A stretch of DNA of 64,000 nucleotides from the NCBI GenBank assembly GCA_016201275.1, contig JACQDB010000106.1:11752-75751 (forward strand), read 5' to 3'. A model generated the notes under the pieces. The model was not told where the DNA came from. It saw only the letters and a program-made list of their open reading frames with translations, and made no database searches. Numbering within the stretch: position 1 is the stretch's first letter; each line of letters begins with the position of its first letter. The position numbers and the translations under genes are program-made. This stretch comes from Acidobacteriota bacterium. Lineage in GTDB: Bacteria; Acidobacteriota; Blastocatellia; UBA7656. Below, one piece after another: positions 12,703-21,266 of the stretch.

Positions 12703-12802
12703 TAGAGCGTCGCAGAAATGGATGTTTTGTCCATATATTGTAAGTGATGGCTTAACCATCTACAACATATAGAGGGTCTCTGAAATTCTGCGGCACGCTC
12801 TA
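12703..12802. mobile_element. MITE-like 100-bp element with TAGAGCG termini
   Basis: Terminal inverted repeats tagagcgtcgcagaa / ttctgcggcacgctcta (15/17 with a 2-nt indel). The terminal heptamer is the same as in the 127-bp family. It lies 13 nt after the stop at 12690. Confidence 0.45.
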
Positions 12803-12994
12803 ACGACCCAGCCCTCTTTGCCCCGCAGGGGCGTAGGAGATTAGCCAGTGCGGTAGGCACTAGAACCAAGTTGGACAAATTCTGCGCGCCCTGAAAGGGT
12901 GCAGGAGAGGTGACATTGCAAGCCTCCGGCGCTCTTCCAGAGCGCGACCGTCAAGCCGCCTGCGCCTTCCCGTGGCTTCACCATGGGCTAATTT

Positions 12995-13205
12995 CCTGTG
13001 CGCCTCTGGCGCAAAAACGAATTCCCTTAGCCAGCGGTCACAGACCGCTGGCTAAGGGAAGAACATATAATCCCATCATTACCCGTTGAGCAGCGGTCAC
13101 AGACCGCTGGCTAAGGGAAGAATATATAATCCCATCATTACCCGTTGAGCAGTGGTCTCTGACCGCTAGATTGGCTCTCCTGTGCGCCGACGGCGCAACA
13201 ACGAA
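12995..13205. repeat. composite repeat: 59-bp tandem unit x ~2.5 (13024-13170) flanked by 27-nt direct repeats
   Basis: The unit cagcggtcacagaccgctggctaagggaagaa[c/t]atataatcccatcattacccgttgag starts at 13032, 13091 and 13150 (the last copy is diverged). Each unit has a gcggtc-N4-gaccgc hairpin. Flanking repeats are cctgtgcgcctctggcgcaaaaacgaa (12995-13021) and cctgtgcgccgacggcgcaacaacgaa (13179-13205). Confidence 0.7.
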
Positions 13206-13252
13206 GCGACCGGCAATTTTCAAACAAGCTGAGTAGATACAGAGGTTTTCTT

Positions 13253-14263
13253 TTACTGCACGATGTTCTTCATCATCTGCAAGCGTTCGCGCAAGGCTTT
13301 GGTAAAACAGGCGACCTCTTCCGCCGTAGCGCCGCTGGCCCGTAGTCCGGCTTGAATCTGTTGGTCGGTGATTCTGCCGACATAATTCATGAGCCAGCGC
13401 AAATCGCTGACCTTAATGCCGTCGCGAATATCTTCGGTGCGTTGGCCGCTGTAGCCGAATTCGACATTGCCGTGTTTGACGCCTTTAATAAATTTTCGCG
13501 TCTGTTCGGCAAAGCCATGACAATCCCATTTCTCGCGGGAAAAATAGCTGCCCCATTTGCCCATCGAACCGCCCCAATCGGTAACCAGATAATGCACCGC
13601 GCCGGTCTCTTTATATTGAAAGATCGCCGTATTGGAACCGCGCCCGACATCGTGCTGGTCTTTGCTGTCCCAATTGGAAGTCAGCATCATGATGATTTTC
13701 AGGCCGTTCAATTCCTTGCTGCCGACAAAGGGATTCTGCGTCCAGCGCCAACTCTCTTCCTGATTTAACTTTTTCACCTTCTCTTCTTTCAACTCGAAGC
13801 GCGCATCTGTGAACGAGCCATCGGAGGCGAGATATTTTTTCGCCCGCTCCAGTTTGGTCGCACCGATAATCTTGCCGCTCTTGACGAAATAGGCAGGCTC
13901 GACGAAATAGCCCGCCGCCCAGGCGATGCGCGTAGCGAAGACTTCGGCATTGACCTCCGATCCCCATTTCACGCCCCAGCGACGACTATTGGCATCGGTC
14001 ACTTTCACTTTCGGATTCGAGCCGCCCATATCCTCTTCGACGAAAGTGAACGGAGGGGCGGGAGCATTTTCAAGGCCACCTGCGCCGTTGGTGAAATCCA
14101 GACTCTCTACGTCGCCGGGGTCTTGCCAGATAATCGGGTCTTGATAGGTAACGGATTTTTTCGTCTTCTGCGCGCTTCCTTGAGAAGCGCTGAAGGGAAG
14201 AAAACCGAGGGTGAGAAAAAGACAACACACCCAGAATCGTTGGCCATAGTGATACGATTTCAT
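13253..14263 (-). CDS. hypothetical secreted protein
   Basis: The ORF runs to 14326, but the ATG at 14263 has an AGGAGG SD and gives MKSYHYGQRFWVCCLFLTLGFLPFSASQGSAQ (signal peptide). No family recognised. Confidence 0.6.
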   Translation of the reverse strand: MKSYHYGQRFWVCCLFLTLGFLPFSASQGSAQKTKKSVTYQDPIIWQDPGDVESLDFTNGAGGLENAPAPPFTFVEEDMGGSNPKVKVTDANSRRWGVKWGSEVNAEVFATRIAWAAGYFVEPAYFVKSGKIIGATKLERAKKYLASDGSFTDARFELKEEKVKKLNQEESWRWTQNPFVGSKELNGLKIIMMLTSNWDSKDQHDVGRGSNTAIFQYKETGAVHYLVTDWGGSMGKWGSYFSREKWDCHGFAEQTRKFIKGVKHGNVEFGYSGQRTEDIRDGIKVSDLRWLMNYVGRITDQQIQAGLRASGATAEEVACFTKALRERLQMMKNIVQ

Positions 14264-14667
14264 TAGTGTCCTCCTGAAAAATAGGCTCGCAAAGACTGCG
14301 AATCGGAAAGCCTGCGCGTTTATCAATTGAGAAGCATCCCAACTGCGCGTTCCAATGGTAAACCACCGGCGCTTTTATAACCAAGCCAAAAAACGCCCAC
14401 CGGATTCGATGGCGACAAAGGGTTGCCGCCGGCACCCGCAGGAAATACTATTGCGCCGAAAAGCCATCAGCGTTACCCTAGTGCCTGATTCAACAATCTT
14501 TGATAGAGAAAGCTACCGGCACACGGTTCACTTGCACGTGGAATAGGGAAAGGGTCGAAGACGATTTGGCAGCGACTCGACGGCGCTTCGCGCCAGCGTT
14601 GCCAGCCGTAGCAAGCAAGCAGGTGGGACTTATCCATTGTTTATAACCATCGTAGTGAAGGAGAAGT

Positions 14668-15102
14668 ATGCACGATAAAATCGGCAGAACAAAAAGCGAA
14701 CTGACACAGGCAGAAGCGGTGCTGCGCGAATCGGAAGGTCAATTGAAAGAGATCAACTCGATGCTTGAGGAACGCTGGACGGAACGCCGCACCCTGGAAG
14801 CGAAAATTAAAGCGGCAGCATCGGCAGGCGACGTAGATGCTTTGGTGCTGTGTCAGGCGCGTATGCGGCAACTGGAAAAATCCATCTTTGAATTGGGACA
14901 ATCGGGGGCCAAATGTTTGAAGCGCATCGAAGGCGCGAAAAAATATCTGGAGACTCTGAGCGTGCGTCTGGACAAGTTGAAACACGAAGCCGAAAAGCTG
15001 GCAGCGCGCATTGAACGACACACCAAATCCTTAACCGCCCCTTTGAAACTGAGCCGCGTAAAAATTCAGATAGATGCCATCAAAGGACAAGAAAAAGCCT
15101 GA
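14668..15102 (+). CDS. hypothetical coiled-coil protein
   Basis: 144 aa with a GAAGGAGAAG SD before the ATG. The sequence is Lys/Glu/Leu-rich and heptad-like throughout. Confidence 0.5.
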   Translation: MHDKIGRTKSELTQAEAVLRESEGQLKEINSMLEERWTERRTLEAKIKAAASAGDVDALVLCQARMRQLEKSIFELGQSGAKCLKRIEGAKKYLETLSVRLDKLKHEAEKLAARIERHTKSLTAPLKLSRVKIQIDAIKGQEKA

Positions 15103-15347
15103 TAAACAAGGATTCAATAGCTTTCAAGCAAAAACTCCTGTCGTTTAGAAGCGGCCAAAGACCGCCTCTAAACCGACAAACATTTTCAGCGTTGCTATAG
15201 CAAGCAACAAAATAGACAGCGTTGAATTGAGCCGCCGTCTTGGTCCGCGCCTTCAAAGGTCGAGAGGTCCGCACTGAATCAGCCTACGGCTTGGCTGCGG
15301 TCACTGGGAAAGCGACCGCCTGATGGTCTCGGTCTGATGACTGTCCG

Positions 15348-16541
15348 CTAAACCTTGATGAAAATTTTTCGCTGATAGAGCCACCACATAGGCGCAAGCC
15401 ACAAGAGTATGTAAACGATGGCAAAGGCCAGCGAACCGTTCAGCGCTCCCGCCCACGAAGCAAAACCCGTTTCATAAAGGTAGGTTCGCAGCGACGTAGG
15501 ATTGCCGTTAGCGCCAGTTACCTTAATCAGAATTAATACCCGCGCCAGAATACTTGAAGCGACAAACAGCGTGATGGCATTCGCACCAAACACTAGGAAC
15601 GGCTTTGCCCAACGTCGGTAACCTTTGATGTCTATCAACCAATAGGTCGCGCCTAATAACAACAAAGCCGCGCCCGCCGTAAACACCACATACGAACTCG
15701 ACCACAGGTTCTTGTTAATCGGCAACCACACAGCCATCAACTTGCCTGCCGCCAGAGCCGTGATTCCCGCCAGCAACATGGCGTTGGCGCGCACTTTCAG
15801 CGGACGCGGCGCTTGCAACCAATGCCCGGTCAAGATGCCGCACAAGGTTGTCGCAATGGCCGGAAGCGTTGACAAAATTCCTTCGGGGTCGTGCGTCGGT
15901 TTGTAGATGTGACCGCTCAACAGCAGGCGATCCAGGAAACCTTCTAGGCTGCCTTCCGGCGTCAACACGCCCGCGCCGTACTCCGGCACCGGAACCGTTT
16001 TCATCAATAGCCAGTAAAGCACAAGCAACGCCATCGTCCAGAAAATCTGGCTGCGGATTTTCGTCTTGATGAAGATCAAGCTGGCGAACAGAAAGCACAC
16101 GGCGATGCGTTGCAGCACGCCGGGAAAGCGTAGGCCGATAATTTTTTCGAGCGGAAAAAACGGAAAGCCGTTTAAGAAAAGTCCCAAGGCAAAGAGTATG
16201 ACCGAACGCCGCAGGAGGCCACCGATAATTTTCCGTGGCGATTCGCCGCGTTCGACTTTGCCGCCTATGGAGTAGGTAATCGCGACGCCGACGATGAACA
16301 GAAAGAATGGAAAGATTAAATCCGTAGGCGTCCAGCCATCCCATTCGGCGTGCGCCAGCGGCGCATAGACATAAGACCAACTGCCGGGATTATTCACCAG
16401 AATCATGCCTGCAATGGTGAGGCCGCGAAACACATCCAGCGACAACAGGCGTTCACTTTTGGTTGGCGCTTGCGGTGGTGTTTCGACCACCTCGCCCAAG
16501 CGCGGCGCTTCGACAACATTGGCAGCCATCACCACCTCCAT
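15348..16541 (-). CDS. heparan-alpha-glucosaminide N-acetyltransferase-like membrane acyltransferase (DUF5009/DUF1624-like)
   Basis: 397 aa and polytopic. The N-terminal motif RLLSLDVFRGLTIAGMILVNNPGSW is characteristic of this family. Confidence 0.7.
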   Translation of the reverse strand: MEVVMAANVVEAPRLGEVVETPPQAPTKSERLLSLDVFRGLTIAGMILVNNPGSWSYVYAPLAHAEWDGWTPTDLIFPFFLFIVGVAITYSIGGKVERGESPRKIIGGLLRRSVILFALGLFLNGFPFFPLEKIIGLRFPGVLQRIAVCFLFASLIFIKTKIRSQIFWTMALLVLYWLLMKTVPVPEYGAGVLTPEGSLEGFLDRLLLSGHIYKPTHDPEGILSTLPAIATTLCGILTGHWLQAPRPLKVRANAMLLAGITALAAGKLMAVWLPINKNLWSSSYVVFTAGAALLLLGATYWLIDIKGYRRWAKPFLVFGANAITLFVASSILARVLILIKVTGANGNPTSLRTYLYETGFASWAGALNGSLAFAIVYILLWLAPMWWLYQRKIFIKV

Positions 16542-16583
16542 TCCAGTGCCTAGTGCGCGGCACTATTCGTTGTTCACGATTTC

Positions 16584-17360
16584 CTATTCAATGATTCCTT
16601 CGAGTGGACTGGAAGCTGTCGCGTACAATTTTTTCGGGATGCGTCCGGCCAAGTAGGCCAAGCGACCGGCACGCACGCCATAGTTCATCGCTTCGGCCAT
16701 CTTCACGGCGTCTTTGGCGCAGGCAATGCCGGTGTTCATCAATATGCCGTCCACTCCCAGTTCCATCGCCAGCGTCGCGTCAGAGGCCGTGCCTACGCCA
16801 GCATCCACGATCAGCGGTACAGCGGTTATCATCTGCCGGAGGATTTTCAAATTGGTCAGATTTTGAATGCCTAGACCGGAACCGATAGGCGCAGCCAAAG
16901 GCATAATCGCGGCGGCTCCGGCATCAACCAGTTTGCGGGCAACAATCAAATCGTCATTCAAGTAAGGCATCACGATGAAGCCTTCTTTGACCAATTCTTT
17001 CGTCGCCACCAGCAAGCCTTCGTTATCGGGAAACAAGGTGCGCTCGTCGCCTATGACTTCAAGCTTGACCCAGTTGGTGTCGAGCGCTTCGCGTGCCAGC
17101 ATCGCCGTGCGAATCGCTTCGTCGGCGTTGTAACAACCGGCGGTGTTGGGCAGTATGGCATATTTTTTCGGGTCTATGTGGTCGAGAAATGATTCCTGCG
17201 AACGGTCTGCTAGGTTCACTCGACGCACGGCGACAGTAATCATATCGGTGCCGGAAACTTCCAGCGCTTTTACCATCGTGGCAAAGCTTTCGTATTTGCC
17301 GGAACCCAAAATCAAACGCGAGCGAAACTCGCGCCCTGCGACGATCAATGAATCGGACAT
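16584..17360 (-). CDS. thiG: thiazole synthase ThiG
   Basis: Start placed at the ATG at 17360 ([23 protein letters not shown]...). Contains [15 protein letters not shown] and [14 protein letters not shown]. Confidence 0.95.
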   Translation of the reverse strand: MSDSLIVAGREFRSRLILGSGKYESFATMVKALEVSGTDMITVAVRRVNLADRSQESFLDHIDPKKYAILPNTAGCYNADEAIRTAMLAREALDTNWVKLEVIGDERTLFPDNEGLLVATKELVKEGFIVMPYLNDDLIVARKLVDAGAAAIMPLAAPIGSGLGIQNLTNLKILRQMITAVPLIVDAGVGTASDATLAMELGVDGILMNTGIACAKDAVKMAEAMNYGVRAGRLAYLAGRIPKKLYATASSPLEGIIE

Positions 17361-17423
17361 GAAAAAATTCCTTTGGTGATGAAGTTCAATATATGAAGGA
17401 GTATTAGACCGCAAAGCTGCGAC

Positions 17424-17633
17424 TCAGGCAAGCGCACCGCCACCTACGAAATGGACGATTTCGATTTTGTCGCCGTCCTGCAACCGCGTCGCTTCCCAAT
17501 TGGCGCGGCGTATAAGTTGGCGATTCACTTCAATGGCCAGGCGTTCGGCCTTTAATTCCAACCGCACAATCAAGTCGGTCAGGCGCAAGCCCTCGTCTAA
17601 AATTTTTTCTTCGCCGTTGATGGTAACTATCAA
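17424..17633 (-). CDS. thiS: sulfur carrier protein ThiS (with 3-aa tail after the GG)
   Basis: A TTG start at 17633 follows an AGGAG SD. The product is (M)IVTINGEEKILDEGLRLTDLIV...KIEIVHFVGGGALA, and the gene lies directly upstream of thiG. The annotated ORF extends further 5', but that part has no ThiS similarity. Confidence 0.75.
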   Translation of the reverse strand: MIVTINGEEKILDEGLRLTDLIVRLELKAERLAIEVNRQLIRRANWEATRLQDGDKIEIVHFVGGGALA

Positions 17634-17924
17634 AGCTGCTCCTGCAAATTGGTTTTCGATTTTTCGTGCCGCTATTTTAGCGTGAATCGCCAGCCACATA
17701 AAAATGAATTGCGGCGCGTGCGAAAAAAGTAAAGTTGGAGGATTGAGGATGGAATGAGTATTGCGGTCGTGTTGCAAAAATGAGGAGGGGCATCGAAAAG
17801 CTCCTGTTTTTATTGGGTATTTTCTTACCGCAGCCTCATTTTTGCAACAGCACCAATATTGCACCCCTGTTGTTTAGCTTCGTAGGAGCGCCCTGTCTAT
17901 AGATGTTGAGTGCAAGAATTTCTT

Positions 17925-18051
17925 TAGAGCGGTTTGTGTTTGAGATTACGGAAACCTCAAACCCTTTGAGCGGCGGTCGAAGACCGGCGTGCGGTCGAAG
18001 ACCGCTGCTCAACGATAGCGCCTTCCGTACACACCTATGCAAACCGCTCTA
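17925..18051 (+). mobile_element. MITE-like element, 127-bp family, copy A
   Basis: 11-bp terminal inverted repeats tagagcggttt / aaaccgctcta. Internal hairpins are gtttgag..ctcaaac and gagcggcggtcgaagacc...ggtcgaagaccgctgctc. Near-identical copies lie at 23424-23550 and 35021-35146. Confidence 0.75.
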
Positions 18052-18174
18052 AGGCTGCGAAATCAGTTTTTGGATGGAGCATAACGGTTTTCGCACTACC
18101 GAATTGCGAGTGGATAAGCCAACGGTCAAGCCAGGAGGAAAGCTTCCGGTAGTGCCGCTTTACGACAAACGATT

Positions 18175-19143
18175 TCAGGCGCGGCGGATCAGGTGTTTCA
18201 ATTCGCCGCGACCAAAGCGCGATTGCACTTCGATGACGATGGCGGCGGTGCCGGAAGAAAAAGCGGGCAGGGTTAAATTGAAGGTGGCGACGCCATCGGC
18301 GGCAGCGCGGCCTATGAAGACTTGGGGTTTGAATGCGGTGCCAATGATCTTCACGGTGACAATGGCATCGGGTTCCACTTTGTCGCCCTGCTGCACTTCG
18401 ATTCGCAGGGTGATGGTTTTGCCAGCGATAAAGACGCTGGGAGCAATCACCTTGACATCAAGTTTTTCCTGTTCCGAACTGCGTTTGAGATAATCGGAAA
18501 TGACTTCATCCAGATTCAGGCTGCCGGTTTTCAGCAATCCCGAATTGCCTTTCGCGGGGCGGGGCGGCGCGACCGTCTGCACCGCCGGTTTTTCCATGCC
18601 GGGGGCGCGGTTTAACAAACTGCCTGTGCGTTTAGGTTCGGATAAAAATCCCGATTTGCCTTTGGTTGCAGGCGGCGACAAAAAGCCGGACTTGCGCTTT
18701 GGTGGCGGCTCCGGTTTCATCTCCTGCATCGGCAGCGCCGGTTGCGGTTCCGTTTGCTGCATCGGCAGCGCCGGTTTCAGTTCCGCTTGCCGCATAGCTT
18801 GAGCGTCGTGGACGGCCACGCTCAAGGCTTCCTGAGCGCGTGCGACTTGCGCCGGTCGCTCTTCGCTGTAACGCGCCGAGTGTTTCACCAGGTCTTCGAT
18901 TCTTCCGGCTTTGATGGCGGCGATGATGACTTGATGCTGTTTCTTGAGCAGCGTGGCAATGGCGGCTTCATTAGCGCCTTGACTGAGTTTGTCAGCATAA
19001 GGCGTCAATTTTTTGGCGATGATGGTGCCGCCTATGTACACCAGTGATTCCAGCACCGGATTATCCTTGGTGCCGCGATCTTCGGTTTGCACATGATAGA
19101 CGCGGTCTTGATGTGGAACGTCGGTGTTGAAGCCTGTAATCAT
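18175..19143 (-). CDS. hypothetical protein with Pro-rich repeat linker and C-terminal Ig-like beta domain
   Basis: ATG at 19143 (MITGFNTDVPHQDRVYHVQTEDRG...). The middle region has repeats (PALPMQ x2, K-KSGFLS x2). The C-terminal ~100 aa show an alternating beta-strand pattern. Confidence 0.55.
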   Translation of the reverse strand: MITGFNTDVPHQDRVYHVQTEDRGTKDNPVLESLVYIGGTIIAKKLTPYADKLSQGANEAAIATLLKKQHQVIIAAIKAGRIEDLVKHSARYSEERPAQVARAQEALSVAVHDAQAMRQAELKPALPMQQTEPQPALPMQEMKPEPPPKRKSGFLSPPATKGKSGFLSEPKRTGSLLNRAPGMEKPAVQTVAPPRPAKGNSGLLKTGSLNLDEVISDYLKRSSEQEKLDVKVIAPSVFIAGKTITLRIEVQQGDKVEPDAIVTVKIIGTAFKPQVFIGRAAADGVATFNLTLPAFSSGTAAIVIEVQSRFGRGELKHLIRRA

Positions 19144-19320
19144 TTTTCTTGAAAGTACCACGCGCGATTTTCACCGTCAATCCTTCTAACTTTTGACCGG
19201 CACGATGACGCGCAAAGATGTTCCTGAGACTAATACATCGAAGGGGCTGAATACTTTTATGAGGTAATCTAAACTTACTCCTGAACCTGCCTATTGTTCA
19301 AGACTCTTTTGCAAAATATC

Positions 19321-19342
19321 TTTTCCGGTGCTGCCAAAGCCG
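19321..19342. repeat. left 22-bp direct repeat (att-like) of the dut-associated cassette
   Basis: ttttccggtgctgccaaagccg is 21/22 identical to 21276-21297. Confidence 0.75.
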
Positions 19343-19357
19343 CAAAATTTATGATTT

Positions 19358-19969
19358 CTATGGACGCATTTGCTGCAAAGCATCTCTAAAAACCTGAAAA
19401 CTTTTTGAACGATTACGAGTAACATCCATGTATTCTGCAATTTTTTGCGCTGCTTCAATCTTGGGCAACCCAGTTGTATAGTACCCTTTTCTTTGAAGAA
19501 CTCTTTCCAGCGCTTCCCAAGTTCCTCCTTGTATAGCATCAGGGTCTCTATAGCTTTTACGGCCTCCGAGATGCTTGGAAACTTTTGGATAGGCTGACAC
19601 GATGGCTTCCACATCACCGAAAAACCAAGCCTCTAATTCTTCAATGGCTATTCTGTTTAAGACTTGAAATGCTTCTTCTGTTCCGACTTTTGATGGGGTA
19701 AGAAATCCTGCGTCTTCAGCATTTTTTTCTAATTGTATCTTTAGCTCCGAACAATCTTGTTGATCTCTATCTACCAAAACAACGATGCGCCAGTCAGGAG
19801 GAATCCAGGCTTTATAACCTTTTAAGCGTGAAGGAAGGTTCTTCAAAAGATCACTTTTACCTTGAAAAACATGAATCGCAAATGTGATATCTGCTCCTAA
19901 AATTTTAGGAATAAGAACGAGCAGAGCTTTCTCTGCGGAGGGTTCCTCAACCAAAAATTCAATATGCAT
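19358..19969 (-). CDS. DUF4276-like protein (TOPRIM-like: early Glu + DxD)
   Basis: 203 aa. MHIEFLVEEPSAEKALLVLIPKIL..., RIVVLVDRDQQDC, IAIEELEAWFFGD. Size and N-terminal pattern match my recollection of DUF4276. It starts 7 nt after the ATPase stop. Confidence 0.65.
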   Translation of the reverse strand: MHIEFLVEEPSAEKALLVLIPKILGADITFAIHVFQGKSDLLKNLPSRLKGYKAWIPPDWRIVVLVDRDQQDCSELKIQLEKNAEDAGFLTPSKVGTEEAFQVLNRIAIEELEAWFFGDVEAIVSAYPKVSKHLGGRKSYRDPDAIQGGTWEALERVLQRKGYYTTGLPKIEAAQKIAEYMDVTRNRSKSFQVFRDALQQMRP

Positions 19970-19976
19970 GAAACCT

Positions 19977-21230
19977 CTATGCCTCCAATTGTTTGGTTAT
20001 AGAGGTTGAAAGTTGTTTCGGAGTCCCGGAATTGGTCAACGGGTCACCGACAGGAAAAAGCCCTTCCATCCAAAGTTGACCGAGTTGTGCCCCGGCATCC
20101 ACGAATTCGTTAATGCCTCGCATATCGGCAGCACACTGAGCTTTTGTATAACCCGTATCATCACGATAAAGCACCCATAACTCTTTCGGTTTTAACCCGC
20201 TTACAAAAAAGGGCGAGTGAGTAGTAACCATAAGTTGTGTTCGACTGGAAGCTTTTCTACATTCTTCCACCAATTCCGGTAAGAGACGTGGATGCAGGTG
20301 ATTTTCTGGTTCTTCTATGCCGACCAATTGAGGGGGTGCTGGGTCATAAAGCACGGTCAAATAAGCAAGCATCTTGAGGGTGCCATCAGAAGCATATTTA
20401 GCTAGTACGGGTCGTTGGAATGGCGCATCTTTGATCTGTAGTAGAAGCCTTCCATCCGCCATAGGTTCAGCCTCTACCTTTTCCAATTTGGGAACACGCC
20501 GCGAAAGCGTTTTAAGAATTTGGTCTAATCTTTCTGGGTGTTGTTCTTTCAAGTATTGAATAACATTTGGCAAGTTATCCCCTACTGCTGATAGACGTTC
20601 TTGAGGACCTGCTTCTGGGGTAACTCTGGTGTTATCGGCTGAGAGGTATGAAAGGTACCATTCCGTTATAAAACGTCGCAAGGCGCTAACTCGCGGATGT
20701 TTTGTAAATTGCCCCAACGTGTTGACCGCTAACATCTCACGCGAAGCAAGTGTTTCTGATATGCGTTCATCCAAATCGTCAGGAGATTCCCCCGTAATCA
20801 CTTGTCCAGTTCCATTGCTAAAGTCAAGAAATTTGAATGGCTGTCCTACTTGTTTATTCCTTCTCCACTTCAACCATTCTTGAGCAACATAAGGACCTTG
20901 CTGATCTTCTTCAATAGCAAGTTTATAAGTGATGAGGGGAGAGTTTGGTTCTTCTCGGTATTTCAATTCAAAGGTAATCGCTCCTTCAGCGCCTCTCGTG
21001 CGAAGTTCTTTAAATCTTCCACGCTTATCCCAAGCCTTGCGAAGCCCAATAGAAAAACATTCCGATAGAAAAGCAAAGACATCGAACACGGTAGATTTGC
21101 CACTCCCATTGGGACCAAGAAACACGGTTAGAGGAGTAAGGGATTTTAATTCTAAATCATGTAAGGCTCGATAATTTTGAATATGTAAATACTCAATCCT
21201 CGGAACCTTATTTTTTGGTTGCTGAGTCAT
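19977..21230 (-). CDS. ABC/SMC-type ATPase (AAA_21/AAA_15-like, OLD/AriA-like N-terminal ATPase architecture)
   Basis: The ATG at 21230 is preceded by GGAGGG. Walker A is [14 protein letters not shown]. The distal [13 protein letters not shown] (Walker B/D-loop) and MVTTHSP (H-loop) lie ~300 aa downstream. Confidence 0.85.
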   Translation of the reverse strand: MTQQPKNKVPRIEYLHIQNYRALHDLELKSLTPLTVFLGPNGSGKSTVFDVFAFLSECFSIGLRKAWDKRGRFKELRTRGAEGAITFELKYREEPNSPLITYKLAIEEDQQGPYVAQEWLKWRRNKQVGQPFKFLDFSNGTGQVITGESPDDLDERISETLASREMLAVNTLGQFTKHPRVSALRRFITEWYLSYLSADNTRVTPEAGPQERLSAVGDNLPNVIQYLKEQHPERLDQILKTLSRRVPKLEKVEAEPMADGRLLLQIKDAPFQRPVLAKYASDGTLKMLAYLTVLYDPAPPQLVGIEEPENHLHPRLLPELVEECRKASSRTQLMVTTHSPFFVSGLKPKELWVLYRDDTGYTKAQCAADMRGINEFVDAGAQLGQLWMEGLFPVGDPLTNSGTPKQLSTSITKQLEA

Positions 21231-21266
21231 TCTTTCCCTCCGCAAGAAATTGCTTGCGAGATTATT

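Noticed and set aside
13024-13170. Possible CRISPR array (regular palindromic repeats).
   Set aside because: There are only ~2.5 units. The sequence between the palindromes is itself repeated, so there are no unique spacers. No cas genes are nearby. It is a tandem REP-type repeat.
13253-14263. The secreted 337-aa protein as an atypical kinase-like enzyme (motif LTSNWDSKDQHD).
   Set aside because: It rests on a single short motif resemblance, which I cannot support without a profile or structure search. It is left as a hypothetical protein.
17634-17925. TPP riboswitch upstream of thiS.
   Set aside because: One is expected from the context. Reading the minus strand, I found only loose resemblance (GGGGUGC, CUGCGG..ACCC). 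The conserved CCUGAUCUGGAUAAUGCCAGCG half was not found. It cannot be called without a covariance-model search.
19291-19617. 108-aa ORF overlapping the 3' part of the DUF4276-like gene.
   Set aside because: It is out of frame within the better-supported 203-aa gene. Its C-terminus is simply the displaced dut tail (GFGSTGKDILQKSLEQ). It is a chimeric reading frame, not a gene.
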